Positions 39,213 to 48,247 of a DNA stretch of 64,000 nt are shown in pieces. Positions within the stretch are counted from its first letter, which is position 1, and every line of letters starts with the position of its first letter. A program made the translations under genes and the position numbers. The DNA is taken from the IMG/VR virus record IMGVR_UViG_3300027969_000041, one strand, 5' to 3'. Under the pieces are notes generated by a model. That model did no database searches. It was given only the letters and a program-made list of their open reading frames with translations, and was not told the DNA's origin. This stretch comes from a virus (lineage: Duplodnaviria; Caudoviricetes).

Positions 39213-39375
39213 TTTTTACTTTCTGAATGCTCCAAGAGCCGTCCTTGTTGTCTATCCAATCTAGTATATCGCCTTCTTTCCATCCCTGCATATCTAAAAA
39301 GTCTTGAGGTAACGGCATTACTAAATCTCCGCTGCCATCGTCGGCTTCTTCTACAGTTACAGTCCAATGTGTCAT
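39205..39375 (-). CDS. AbrB/MazE-like small DNA-binding protein (56 aa, missing from the ORF track)
   Basis: Hand translation MTHWTVTVEEADDGSGDLVMPLPQDFLDMQGWKEGDILDW..; overlaps both neighbours. Confidence 0.7.
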   Translation of the reverse strand: MTHWTVTVEEADDGSGDLVMPLPQDFLDMQGWKEGDILDWIDNKDGSWSIQKVKND

Positions 39376-39647
39376 AGTTGATTCCTTGTAAGTGCGTGAT
39401 GAACTAAAAATGCTTTAAAAGCCTTGTAGACAGCAGCCGCTTCTTTTTCGTCTGCTTCTACTTTTACACCTCTAACATAAAAACCATCTTCAGTAACTTT
39501 CAGCATTTCTAATTGACCTGCGTGAAATACAATGTTGTTTTCCGGAGGAGCAGTCACTGATAAAACTGGTGTAGGGCGTGGATCGTTGATAACGAACATT
39601 TCTGGAAATGCCTTTTCAACTTCTTGTGCAATAAAACCCTGTTTCAT
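39372..39647 (-). CDS. Hypothetical protein (probably leaderless mRNA)
   Basis: 91 aa; ATG 6 nt after the -10 box. Confidence 0.7.
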   Translation of the reverse strand: MKQGFIAQEVEKAFPEMFVINDPRPTPVLSVTAPPENNIVFHAGQLEMLKVTEDGFYVRGVKVEADEKEAAAVYKAFKAFLVHHALTRNQL

Positions 39648-39653
39648 GTTACT

Positions 39654-39682
39654 ATTTTACACTACTTTGCGGAAATAGTCAA
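39654..39682 (-). promoter_or_regulatory. sigma70 promoter
   Basis: TTGACT-N17-TAAAAT. Confidence 0.75.
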
Positions 39683-40264
39683 TCAGTATTTAGAATACCA
39701 ACCAGTTAAGATGTATTTTGGTTCTGTATAAACTGTAAGTCCGCGGTGTGGATGAGTCATACCTGCAGGCCAAATAACCACAGTACCTTGTGTTGGACGA
39801 ATACGCTTCTTTTGATATAAGAATTCAGTCTCTCCCTCACCTTCGGGCATGTCATTCAAATAAATCATCCATACTAATTCTCGATTGTATGTTTCGGCTC
39901 TGTCACCGTTTTCATAATGCCAAACATGATATCCACCCATAGGCAAAGTCCTCTGCATTTTAAGACATTTATTATTGGTTAATTTAATATTGTTTAGCTG
40001 TCCAAATTCGTGTATATATTCCATTAAACAATCATGCAGGTAGTATAAGTATTTGCTGGCTAAATCGGACACTCCTAATTGCGGTGTTTCTAAAAATATG
40101 GCAAGATCTTTGCGCCCTAAATTTGAATTATCAAACTGTTTATCGTTGTTATGAACATATTCTTTTAATTCTGAGTTATTGATAATTTCTTCAAATACTT
40201 TAATTGTTGCTTGACAATCTTCTGCAGATACATGGCCAGGCCATGTTCTAATAAAATTTTCCAT
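39683..40264 (-). CDS. 2OG-Fe(II) oxygenase (prolyl-hydroxylase-like)
   Basis: YHVWHYE, MIYLND, GETEF, THPHRG, KYILTGW. Confidence 0.92.
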   Translation of the reverse strand: MENFIRTWPGHVSAEDCQATIKVFEEIINNSELKEYVHNNDKQFDNSNLGRKDLAIFLETPQLGVSDLASKYLYYLHDCLMEYIHEFGQLNNIKLTNNKCLKMQRTLPMGGYHVWHYENGDRAETYNRELVWMIYLNDMPEGEGETEFLYQKKRIRPTQGTVVIWPAGMTHPHRGLTVYTEPKYILTGWYSKY

Positions 40265-40268
40265 GATA

Positions 40269-40745
40269 TTATCCTTTGTTAATTAATACCGGCGAATGTT
40301 GTGGTAATGAACTAGCAGGATCTTCTTTTTTAGCTTCCAATGTTGCTACCCTTGAACGCAATTCACTTGATGAGTAAACATGTTGTCTTTTATGATAATG
40401 TAATTTAATACCATTATCAATACACCATTGTTTTCCTGTAAAATCTCTGTTTAAATATTCGTCGCTGAGAAATCGAATATCTATTGTTTGCGTCATTAAT
40501 AATTGTAACAAATCAAACTCTGTTTCGTAGATTAATATTTCGTCAACATATTTACACCCTTGTAATTGAACATATCTTTCGTATGAGCTTTGTACAGGTT
40601 TATTTTTAATTCCAGGACGATCTACTGTAGGATCAATTTGAAGTGCAACTATTAGATAGTCGCAGAGTTGCTTTTCCATTTTAAGCATGGTAACATGCCC
40701 TGCATGGAGTAAATCAAAACTACTACAGTTAAAACCTATTTTCAT
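40269..40745 (-). CDS. TagD-like cytidylyltransferase, copy 2
   Basis: SSFDLLHAGH, YVDEI, SSSELR. Confidence 0.9.
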   Translation of the reverse strand: MKIGFNCSSFDLLHAGHVTMLKMEKQLCDYLIVALQIDPTVDRPGIKNKPVQSSYERYVQLQGCKYVDEILIYETEFDLLQLLMTQTIDIRFLSDEYLNRDFTGKQWCIDNGIKLHYHKRQHVYSSSELRSRVATLEAKKEDPASSLPQHSPVLINKG

Positions 40746-40890
40746 TCTTATCTTTTACTGGTTCTACAATCCCGTATTGTTTATACAGCCATTGAATAAA
40801 TCTTTCAACTTCTTTGCTAGGATATGGATATGCTTGGTATGCTATAGTTACTCGTTCAAGCCAATCTTTATCAATCATTTTATTTTTCAT
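40729..40890 (-). CDS. Small hypothetical protein (53 aa, missing from the ORF track)
   Basis: Hand translation MKNKMIDKDWLERVTIAYQAYPYPSKEVERFIQWLYKQYG..; fills the gap. Confidence 0.6.
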   Translation of the reverse strand: MKNKMIDKDWLERVTIAYQAYPYPSKEVERFIQWLYKQYGIVEPVKDKNENRF

Positions 40891-41096
40891 TTTTTTGTAT
40901 TAACTGATATTGTATAATATTGTAAAATAACTTCACCCCAATTACCGCCGCCTTGTTTGTACAAATGGTTAACTTGTTTGGCACTGTCTCTAATTAATAG
41001 TTCAGCAAACTTTTCTAAAGGAATGAATATGTTATCTGGTAATTCATTTAATCTTAATCCAGACTGTTCGGCGAGTTCTTCGATTTTTTTATTCAT
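40887..41096 (-). CDS. Hypothetical protein
   Basis: 69 aa; IEELAEQSG..LEKFAELLIRD. Confidence 0.7.
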   Translation of the reverse strand: MNKKIEELAEQSGLRLNELPDNIFIPLEKFAELLIRDSAKQVNHLYKQGGGNWGEVILQYYTISVNTKK

Positions 41097-41099
41097 ACT

Positions 41100-41270
41100 T
41101 TACCAATGCCTTATAACACCTGCTATAATAAAACAATTTGTTATTATATAGCATAATACAATGGCAGTACGGATAAAAGCAATCTTGTCTGCCTCTCTAT
41201 CTGTACTGCCAGATTTTTCACCTAGGGCTTTTGCCCAAAGCTTCCAAAGGTTATGCAAATAGATCTTCAT
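41100..41270 (-). CDS. Small membrane protein
   Basis: WKLWAKALGEK..TM; start uncertain. Confidence 0.6.
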   Translation of the reverse strand: MKIYLHNLWKLWAKALGEKSGSTDREADKIAFIRTAIVLCYIITNCFIIAGVIRHW

Positions 41271-41757
41271 TCCATTCACGATGCCCTTCACGGAACGCCA
41301 TGTTAGCCTGTGTTTCACGAACTTCTACACGATAACACCACAGTCTAGCCGCTTCACCCGGTCCCCACATTTCTGGAATGTAAACGCCGTTGACATACTT
41401 ATATAGCATATCGCTCAATGCTTCGCATCCTAATGCCGGTAGAATAACGATTTTAGCCATATTTTTTTCTTGTAGCATTTTGAATGTACCTAGTTCTGGA
41501 TCATCCTGTGCAACAATAAGTGTATGATCAAATTGATCTTCTAATGTTTTCTTTAGTTCTTTTAAACCACCATAGTCGGCCGCCCAATTGCGAACATCTA
41601 GGTCGTTGGTGCCAAAGTAAAATTTCATACTAAATGAATAGCCGTGAATTAGATTACAATGACTATCACTTCGCCATTGGCGATAAGCGCAAGGGAATGC
41701 GTCGTGATATTCTTTGGTGCTTGTGTACTTGTACAGTACTGGTTGTAGGTTTGCCAT
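41251..41757 (-). CDS. queD: QueD / 6-pyruvoyl-tetrahydropterin synthase-like protein
   Basis: CAYRQW..HCNLIHGYS, FDHT, GCE, VRET. Confidence 0.85.
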   Translation of the reverse strand: MANLQPVLYKYTSTKEYHDAFPCAYRQWRSDSHCNLIHGYSFSMKFYFGTNDLDVRNWAADYGGLKELKKTLEDQFDHTLIVAQDDPELGTFKMLQEKNMAKIVILPALGCEALSDMLYKYVNGVYIPEMWGPGEAARLWCYRVEVRETQANMAFREGHREWNEDLFA

Positions 41758-41830
41758 AATTTTCTCCTATGTTAATTTTAGCATAGGCAGCAGAGTTTGT
41801 ATACCGGGATGAAAGCCGAAGGCCGGTTAG
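41758..41830 (-). ncRNA. Candidate preQ1-I-like riboswitch / structured leader
   Basis: ACCGG-CCUUCGGCUUUCAUC-CCGGU-AUACAAAC, then a CCUAUG/CAUAGG hairpin over the SD. Confidence 0.5.
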
Positions 41831-41832
41831 TG

Positions 41833-42006
41833 TTATTTAAGGTTTTTAACTTCCTGTTTAACAATTTTTAGATCTTCTTTGATCTCGTTAATCATATTAA
41901 TTTCTGCTTGACGATTACAATACAATTGTGCTAATGTAATAGCAAATAGACTCCATCCTATAAACCCACCTGCTATTAAAAATCCTATTATTAAATTATT
42001 TGCCAT
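41833..42006 (-). CDS. Small membrane protein
   Basis: N-terminal TM plus coiled coil; start 42006 after GGAG. Confidence 0.65.
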   Translation of the reverse strand: MANNLIIGFLIAGGFIGWSLFAITLAQLYCNRQAEINMINEIKEDLKIVKQEVKNLK

Positions 42007-42067
42007 AATGTTTTCTCCCATAAGTGTCAATATTTACTTAAACTTAAGAGAGGATTTAGTCCACAGT

Positions 42068-42652
42068 TTATCGTTTGTCAACAATCTTATCGCAGAGTCC
42101 GTAGGCTAGTGCTTCTTCTGCACTCATAAATGTGTCACGATCCATGTCCTTTTCGAACTCTTCATATGTTTTACCCACTGTATTATGTTTAACATATAGT
42201 TTGGTTAGCATATCTTTCATTTTGGTAATCTCTTGGTATTGAATAGCAATGTCACTTTGCATACCACGGGCACCACCACTTGGTTGATGAATCATATGGC
42301 GAGCATGGGGCAACATATAACGCTTACCCGGACTACCTGCTTGTGCTAGGAAACTGCCCATTGAGCAGGCTTGACCCATAACATAGGTACAAATATCTGG
42401 TTTGACAAACTGCATGACATCATAGATTGCCATTCCGCTGGTTATAACACCACCTGGACTATTGATATAAAAATGAATATCTTTTTCGCTGTCTTGACTT
42501 TCAAGATGCAGTATTTGAGCAACAATTAAATTACTGCTAATATCATCAACTCCACCGTTAAGGAATACGATGCGCTCGTTGAGCAATCGGCTAAAAATAT
42601 CAAAGGCACGTTCGCCTTGCCCGGTCTTTTCGACCACCATTGGTACTAACAT
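42068..42652 (-). CDS. clpP: ATP-dependent Clp protease proteolytic subunit
   Basis: DIFSRLL, YINSPGG, ACSMGS, MIHQP, DRD triad. Confidence 0.97.
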   Translation of the reverse strand: MLVPMVVEKTGQGERAFDIFSRLLNERIVFLNGGVDDISSNLIVAQILHLESQDSEKDIHFYINSPGGVITSGMAIYDVMQFVKPDICTYVMGQACSMGSFLAQAGSPGKRYMLPHARHMIHQPSGGARGMQSDIAIQYQEITKMKDMLTKLYVKHNTVGKTYEEFEKDMDRDTFMSAEEALAYGLCDKIVDKR

Positions 42653-42653
42653 A

Positions 42654-43076
42654 TTAAAATTCATCCTTTAAAATTTTTGTAGAATTACTTAATCCGGCAA
42701 CAATTTGGAATTGTTCCCATGCTTTTTTCACAGCAGGCCTACTTTCTAGTTCTTCTGCTGGTAAACTTGCTTCGAGCCAGTAGTAGGGCAATCGATGTGG
42801 ATGTGCTCCAAACTGGCGAGGCTGATGTAACAGGCCCCTGCTATATAGTTCTTTGGATACATATCGAAACTTTTCTTCGTCCTTGTCTGTGTAGCGACTC
42901 CACTCGGGGTTACTCCATCCGCCGTGGTGATGATATCCCTGCCAGATACCACCCCACTGTTCGTCGTTGTTGGGGTCGAAATTTGTACGAGCAACAATGA
43001 CTAATACATCATTGATGTCTACCTTGCCGTCTATAATGTCTCTAACACATCGACTATAACTAAGTCCTATTTTCAT
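42654..43076 (-). CDS. Hypothetical protein
   Basis: 140-aa ORF; [12 protein letters not shown]. Confidence 0.75.
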   Translation of the reverse strand: MKIGLSYSRCVRDIIDGKVDINDVLVIVARTNFDPNNDEQWGGIWQGYHHHGGWSNPEWSRYTDKDEEKFRYVSKELYSRGLLHQPRQFGAHPHRLPYYWLEASLPAEELESRPAVKKAWEQFQIVAGLSNSTKILKDEF

Positions 43077-43489
43077 AGGTTAATCCTTTCTTTTTTACGG
43101 GATTCAATTTCGTTAAAATGCTCGTCACAAACATTTTTAATCCAACCTGTGGTTTGTTTGGTAGAAGGTACTCCACAGATTTCGCAGGTGTTACTTGCCC
43201 AAGATTCTGCCATACTAACCATACCACGGACTTGTTCGTCCCCGCCATCATAGTAGAATCGCAGTCCGCCAAACTTTTCTTTGATTTGATGTACAACTAC
43301 CTGCGGCACAATATTGCCATACTTTGTTCTCCAGTCAATATGATGTTGTATCTGGCTACATAGGCTTTCAACAATAGGCCACCATCCTTCACCTACAGCA
43401 ACCTCGCCATAGGGCTCTGAAAACATTTTAGGAAATTGCTCTTCTAAACGCTGAACAAATTTGTCGTACTTGTCAACCTCATTTTCCAT
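43073..43489 (-). CDS. Hypothetical phage protein
   Basis: GEGWW, QIKEKFGGLRFY, CEICG. Confidence 0.8.
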   Translation of the reverse strand: MENEVDKYDKFVQRLEEQFPKMFSEPYGEVAVGEGWWPIVESLCSQIQHHIDWRTKYGNIVPQVVVHQIKEKFGGLRFYYDGGDEQVRGMVSMAESWASNTCEICGVPSTKQTTGWIKNVCDEHFNEIESRKKERINL

Positions 43490-43724
43490 TGTTCTTCTCC
43501 TGGTCGTAGGCCTTTACCATACGATACAATGGTTCCATGCGTTCTTGAAATACATCAGGCGCCTGAAGTGCCGTCCGTTGCATATCCCATACGGTTGGAT
43601 AGTGTCGTAGTAGAGATCTCGCTCGTTCCTTAATTGTTTTAGGAATTCTGGGGGTATTGCAAATATCAGTAAGAAACTGAATTGTCTGCACTACTGCACG
43701 ATACCGTTCATCCGGCAATGTCAT
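43479..43724 (-). CDS. Hypothetical protein
   Basis: MTLPDERYRAV..LRHYP; start moved to 43724. Confidence 0.75.
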   Translation of the reverse strand: MTLPDERYRAVVQTIQFLTDICNTPRIPKTIKERARSLLRHYPTVWDMQRTALQAPDVFQERMEPLYRMVKAYDQEKNNGK

Positions 43725-44262
43725 ATGCAGTTTTCTTTTCTTTAAGCAAGTTGACAAATCCTTCATCGGCTAACTTCTCACGCAGAATTTGTTCAACAAA
43801 GTCGTTGAATGTCATGTCGGCGTCGTGTGCTGCCTTAAACAATACCATTAATTCTGTTTCTGGCAGGTCAATTGGAATGCTAACGCGAGTGTCGTACTCT
43901 TCCCCAGCAACTACTGCTAGACCTTTTTGGATCCAGTCATCGTCGGATTCAAGATCAATGTAATCTACATTTTCCCATGCTTCTACCATCCAGCTATTCT
44001 TTGATTTAGCTTCTTCTTCAAATATTTCTTTATAAGCAGGATTGATCATACGATATGCACGATTATTTTGGTAGTCGTGTATTTGAACTTCGTATACTTC
44101 TTGTGACTTTTGATCAAAAACAACACTGAGACTATGCCCTGCCTGCTCACCATTCCAGCTGTCTAATGTATAGGCATCGGACCCATAGCAGTCCCAACCG
44201 TAGTTACCACCTTCGGTAATTCGATAATTGACAACTTCCATCCATTCTTTTAAAGTAATCAT
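43708..44262 (-). CDS. Hypothetical protein
   Basis: 184-aa coupled ORF. Confidence 0.8.
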   Translation of the reverse strand: MITLKEWMEVVNYRITEGGNYGWDCYGSDAYTLDSWNGEQAGHSLSVVFDQKSQEVYEVQIHDYQNNRAYRMINPAYKEIFEEEAKSKNSWMVEAWENVDYIDLESDDDWIQKGLAVVAGEEYDTRVSIPIDLPETELMVLFKAAHDADMTFNDFVEQILREKLADEGFVNLLKEKKTAYDIAG

Positions 44263-44492
44263 TTTACATCCTTAAGTTTTTGGTTAATTTCTTTTATCAG
44301 CTCTACTGCAACACATAGAGCCTGGCTTGCGTCAAAATTAGTAAGTACGCATCTGTTATAACTTTTTGGGTCTTCAATAATAGCAATTACATCTGCTAAA
44401 ATCAACTCGGCGAATTTTTCGTAATTAAAGTTGAGACCAAATTCGTTGTGTTCCCAACACTGGGGTTCAAGTTGTTTAATTCGTTCGTTCAT
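44259..44492 (-). CDS. Hypothetical protein
   Basis: MNERIKQL..YEKFAELI. Confidence 0.75.
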   Translation of the reverse strand: MNERIKQLEPQCWEHNEFGLNFNYEKFAELILADVIAIIEDPKSYNRCVLTNFDASQALCVAVELIKEINQKLKDVK

Positions 44493-45706
44493 TTATACAC
44501 CTTCAAAATAACTGTGTCTTCGTTAAAGCGACCGTTTAGTATAGTCTCTGTAGTTTTGACACTCTTAGCAAACCAAGTCTCGAATCTCTTCTGCGTATTT
44601 TGCTCTTTGAACTCTTTGATCTGTTCCGGAGGCTTACGCAGAGTCTTTTGTTCACTCTTGGCAGTAAAGTCAGTTAACGATGTACCTTTAACACCAAGTC
44701 CTTCTGAGCTTGTAGCAATGTAATAACCAATCTTACGAGTCTTAACATTGTAGACTACAACACCTTGGGCACCGACAATCTGTGCAGGAGGAGTTGACAC
44801 AATAGCCAACTTATCATCCTTGGCACAGAATTTAAGTTTAGCTACAATCTGTTCTGCAGGCTTGATCTTCTTAGCACGAGGCTTCTTCAAGATTTTAGCT
44901 TCTGCGGTAATCTGTTCACAGGCTGTCATAATACCTTCATAGAAAGCAATCAGCTTGTTAACATTTTTACGGCTGACATGCTTGTAACCTTCTTTCAATT
45001 GAGCATCCGCTTCGCCACTGGCTAGTTCCTGTAACTCCGCCATACCACGAGCAAAGAAAGTCTTAATGAAACGAGCATGGGCGGCTTTGGCACCTTTGCC
45101 TCGCAACAGATTAACAATCTTAAATGCTTTGGGATCAAATGCTTCCGGATCAGTGATCCAAGAGTCGATGGCATAGTCAATGTCTTCACTCATCTCACCT
45201 GCGGTTTCACGCAGACGATCTTGAATGTTTGGCACATAGACTTCGGTTTTAATCACTGGTTTGGCTGTTTCTGTTTCGTCTATGTCGTCTTTACCTTGCT
45301 CAACAATTCGGGCAATTTCTTTACGCAACCACAATGTACTATCACGACCTTCGTTAAATCCATCATGTATTTTAGGCATACCTCGTTGCAAACATGCGGC
45401 CACTGCGGCCACAGTCATTGAACAACGGTTGTCTTTGGTCTTCTTAAAAGCCGCAATTTCAGCTTTGGTATAATCGTTAAGAGCCATCCAGTTAATGATC
45501 TGAGGCTTGAGCTCTTTAGTAGTCTTTTCTAAACGGTAGTATTCCATAGCACCACGGAAGTGCTTGGTAAACTGAGCACCTGTCCAAGATTCAGCACCAT
45601 CCCACTTAGGGCTGTAGTCCCGTTTGGCATTCTCACGGATGCTTACGCTAGTGATCTTTTCTTTTTTAACCTTGGGTTTAATCTTAATGCCTGCTACTGT
45701 TGCCAT
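44489..45706 (-). CDS. Hypothetical early protein
   Basis: 405 aa, strong promoter and AGGAG RBS. Confidence 0.85.
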   Translation of the reverse strand: MATVAGIKIKPKVKKEKITSVSIRENAKRDYSPKWDGAESWTGAQFTKHFRGAMEYYRLEKTTKELKPQIINWMALNDYTKAEIAAFKKTKDNRCSMTVAAVAACLQRGMPKIHDGFNEGRDSTLWLRKEIARIVEQGKDDIDETETAKPVIKTEVYVPNIQDRLRETAGEMSEDIDYAIDSWITDPEAFDPKAFKIVNLLRGKGAKAAHARFIKTFFARGMAELQELASGEADAQLKEGYKHVSRKNVNKLIAFYEGIMTACEQITAEAKILKKPRAKKIKPAEQIVAKLKFCAKDDKLAIVSTPPAQIVGAQGVVVYNVKTRKIGYYIATSSEGLGVKGTSLTDFTAKSEQKTLRKPPEQIKEFKEQNTQKRFETWFAKSVKTTETILNGRFNEDTVILKVYK

Positions 45707-45737
45707 TTTGCACTCCTGTTTGTTAGTGTATGTATAT

Positions 45738-45766
45738 ATTATACAGGGTTTTTTATTCTATGTCAA
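45738..45766 (-). promoter_or_regulatory. Consensus sigma70 promoter
   Basis: TTGACA-N17-TATAAT. Confidence 0.85.
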
Positions 45767-46064
45767 GCTCGGTATTACCGGATTTGTCCAAATATTCGCT
45801 ATATTTTAACAGGAACATTATCCGCTTTGGTTCATTGTAGAAATCCAAATGTATAGTTTTTACACAATATTTGGTATTGTACCCAACATTTCTGCGGTCG
45901 CCTTTGACATCATGCTCAAACCATTCTTCATGTGTTCTGCTAGTAAAGCCCAAGACTTCTCGCATCCTGTTGCGAATTAACAACACACCGGGGGGATGCT
46001 CTTTGGCAATTTGATTGTAGATTTTAAGCCAGCTTGCTTCGGATAAAACTACAGGCTTGCTCAT
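45753..46064 (-). CDS. Hypothetical protein
   Basis: 103-aa coupled ORF. Confidence 0.75.
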   Translation of the reverse strand: MSKPVVLSEASWLKIYNQIAKEHPPGVLLIRNRMREVLGFTSRTHEEWFEHDVKGDRRNVGYNTKYCVKTIHLDFYNEPKRIMFLLKYSEYLDKSGNTELDIE

Positions 46065-46627
46065 TAGAACTCATCATTTTGAGCTACAACTATCCAACCT
46101 AACTTTTTAAGGTCTTCTCGTATCTCATCAGTTACTACACTTTCGGAAACAAATGCCTGTCCTTCTTTATAGGAGATTTGGTCTTCTTCTGTAAGATTAT
46201 TAAATTCTTCCGGAGACAATTCATCATTGCCTCGAATACCACTACAGTACCAATCAATATAATCGCCTTGTTCACGCATGTCAGCAATGATACCCCCGGC
46301 ACTTCTCCAAGAGGCACTCCAGCGTTGATCTTTTAGAATAGGCATAACATCTAACTTTTGAAAGTCGTTATTACATATTGCGGCATAGAGATTTTGAGAG
46401 TAGATTCGACTTTCACGGACCTTGTCTAAAATCCAGTCAGTGCTACGGAGGTCATATTCCATATTATCTTTTTGCCATTCTGGATCTATCATATTTTCCT
46501 CATCTTGCTCTCGCCAAGTTTTATACATTCGAATATAGTCGGGATTGGGCTCCTTACCTTCTTCCTCGCAACGTTTGATATACCCTTCTTTTTGAAAGGT
46601 ATGACGATCGGGACTTTTTGATATCAT
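46064..46627 (-). CDS. Hypothetical protein
   Basis: SWRSAGGIIAD..YIDWYCSG. Confidence 0.8.
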   Translation of the reverse strand: MISKSPDRHTFQKEGYIKRCEEEGKEPNPDYIRMYKTWREQDEENMIDPEWQKDNMEYDLRSTDWILDKVRESRIYSQNLYAAICNNDFQKLDVMPILKDQRWSASWRSAGGIIADMREQGDYIDWYCSGIRGNDELSPEEFNNLTEEDQISYKEGQAFVSESVVTDEIREDLKKLGWIVVAQNDEF

Positions 46628-46836
46628 TGCAACACTCGGGGACCAGAAGACATCTGACTTTGTAGTTTGGCATATTCTGTCGGATCGAGATCATCTAGGT
46701 CATCTGATTGTTCTAGTAACTCCCCAGACTCGGCCATACGATGAATCTCAGCTATCAATTTGTTGAGCTCTTCTTGAGTACCATCGAAGCTATCAAATGC
46801 ACCGGGTGCAAATTCAATTTTAATTTTTTTGGTCAT
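46624..46836 (-). CDS. Hypothetical protein
   Basis: 70-aa acidic ORF. Confidence 0.7.
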   Translation of the reverse strand: MTKKIKIEFAPGAFDSFDGTQEELNKLIAEIHRMAESGELLEQSDDLDDLDPTEYAKLQSQMSSGPRVLQ

Positions 46837-47002
46837 TAATTTCTTTTGGAGTTAGGGGTCTAGTTCTACAAAATAAACATTCACGGTCGTTACAAATATC
46901 TTCTAACCAATCATTGCATGGTTTGCAATAAAAGCTATCAAAATCTGCTATATAAGATTTAGGTGTCCTACATTTGGGACATTTTAGATCATTCAGGTCC
47001 AT
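46820..47002 (-). CDS. Small Cys-rich (Zn-finger-like) protein
   Basis: CPKC, CKPC, C..CLFC. Confidence 0.7.
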   Translation of the reverse strand: MDLNDLKCPKCRTPKSYIADFDSFYCKPCNDWLEDICNDRECLFCRTRPLTPKEINDQKN

Positions 47003-47835
47003 AGTGATTGGCGAACTTTAATAAGACGAATCATCATTACCTCATCTTCTTTTTCATAATCTGCTTCCAATCTTTGAAGAAGTTTATGAGCCTTGTCGCT
47101 TTGCTTTTTAAGCACAGGATCTTTCTCACCACTGAAACTTAGTCGGCCACCATTTGCTTCACGTTGTGCTTCACAGTAAGCAGTCCATCCACTGGCTTCA
47201 TACGGATCACGACGATTGCGATAAGTTTCAGTCCACCATAGGTACAATTCTTTTATTTCTCGAGCATTTTTAGCCTGCCCAGTTAGTTCACCGTAGCCTT
47301 TGTCTCCACTGTGTACACCCCAGTCTTCAGTCATACGCAATTCGCCAGCCCAATTCAAGTGATCTAATCCTGCTTCGGGGCAACGCCATGTACGCCAGCG
47401 AAACCAACCAGCGGCCCAGAATGGCGCCTTGTATTTCTTCCGTGCTTCGTCGTCCCAGGCTATGTGGCTCCATGCTTGTTCGATTTCAACAAAGTCCACA
47501 AGTTCGTTAAACAAGCACGGGAGAAACCTATTACCCACGTCGCTCCAATCACCAGGACGGATATCCCTAGCATGAGCAGTAAGGCTATGAGTACGAGTAA
47601 CCCACCGATTATTGATGTAATATTTGATATCATAAATTTTCCTTACAGGCCAAGTAACAAAATCTTGAAGATAGCTAAGACCTTCTTCGGCTAGCCAATA
47701 ACGAATTCTATGATTAAGTTCAGCGTTCTTTGTCCATTCATCCCAATCTTCCGCAGTCTTGGCTCCTCCTTTTGATGTGCCGCGAAGCCAATCTGCGAAA
47801 GGACTACAACTCCAATAATTTGTGTGGTGTGCCAT
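46993..47835 (-). CDS. Hypothetical Trp-rich protein
   Basis: 280-aa ORF. Confidence 0.8.
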   Translation of the reverse strand: MAHHTNYWSCSPFADWLRGTSKGGAKTAEDWDEWTKNAELNHRIRYWLAEEGLSYLQDFVTWPVRKIYDIKYYINNRWVTRTHSLTAHARDIRPGDWSDVGNRFLPCLFNELVDFVEIEQAWSHIAWDDEARKKYKAPFWAAGWFRWRTWRCPEAGLDHLNWAGELRMTEDWGVHSGDKGYGELTGQAKNAREIKELYLWWTETYRNRRDPYEASGWTAYCEAQREANGGRLSFSGEKDPVLKKQSDKAHKLLQRLEADYEKEDEVMMIRLIKVRQSLWT

Positions 47836-47836
47836 T

Positions 47837-48247
47837 TTATTTGCTCATTAGTTTCATCATTGTGCGTACATGAACGCGATCTTTTTCTTTTTCATCTTCG
47901 GGCAGTTGATCGTAGGGTACATGTTGTGCCGCAGTATAATCGTCTTTTGGGTTACGCTTCATCCATTCAATATGAATGTACTCTGCGGCTTGCTCAATAT
48001 TGTTAGGAAATTTAGTTACAGCTTCTGCGGCAGCTTTACCTGCGGCTAAATTTTCTTGTTGTGCTGTTGGGTGTAATTCCTCAAAAGGCACATTAATATC
48101 CGCTTTTGGACCACCGTTTTTGCTTCTTATCCTAGGAACATTTTGTTCATTTGGTGGCAATGATCTACGCCATTCTTCGTGTGCTGAACTAGCAAATTGC
48201 GTAACGGCATTCTCTGCCAATACAATGTTGATAAACTCACGGATCAT
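47837..48247 (-). CDS. RyR-domain-like protein
   Basis: AHEEW, IHIEW, HVPYDQLPEDEKEKDR. Confidence 0.7.
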   Translation of the reverse strand: MIREFINIVLAENAVTQFASSAHEEWRRSLPPNEQNVPRIRSKNGGPKADINVPFEELHPTAQQENLAAGKAAAEAVTKFPNNIEQAAEYIHIEWMKRNPKDDYTAAQHVPYDQLPEDEKEKDRVHVRTMMKLMSK

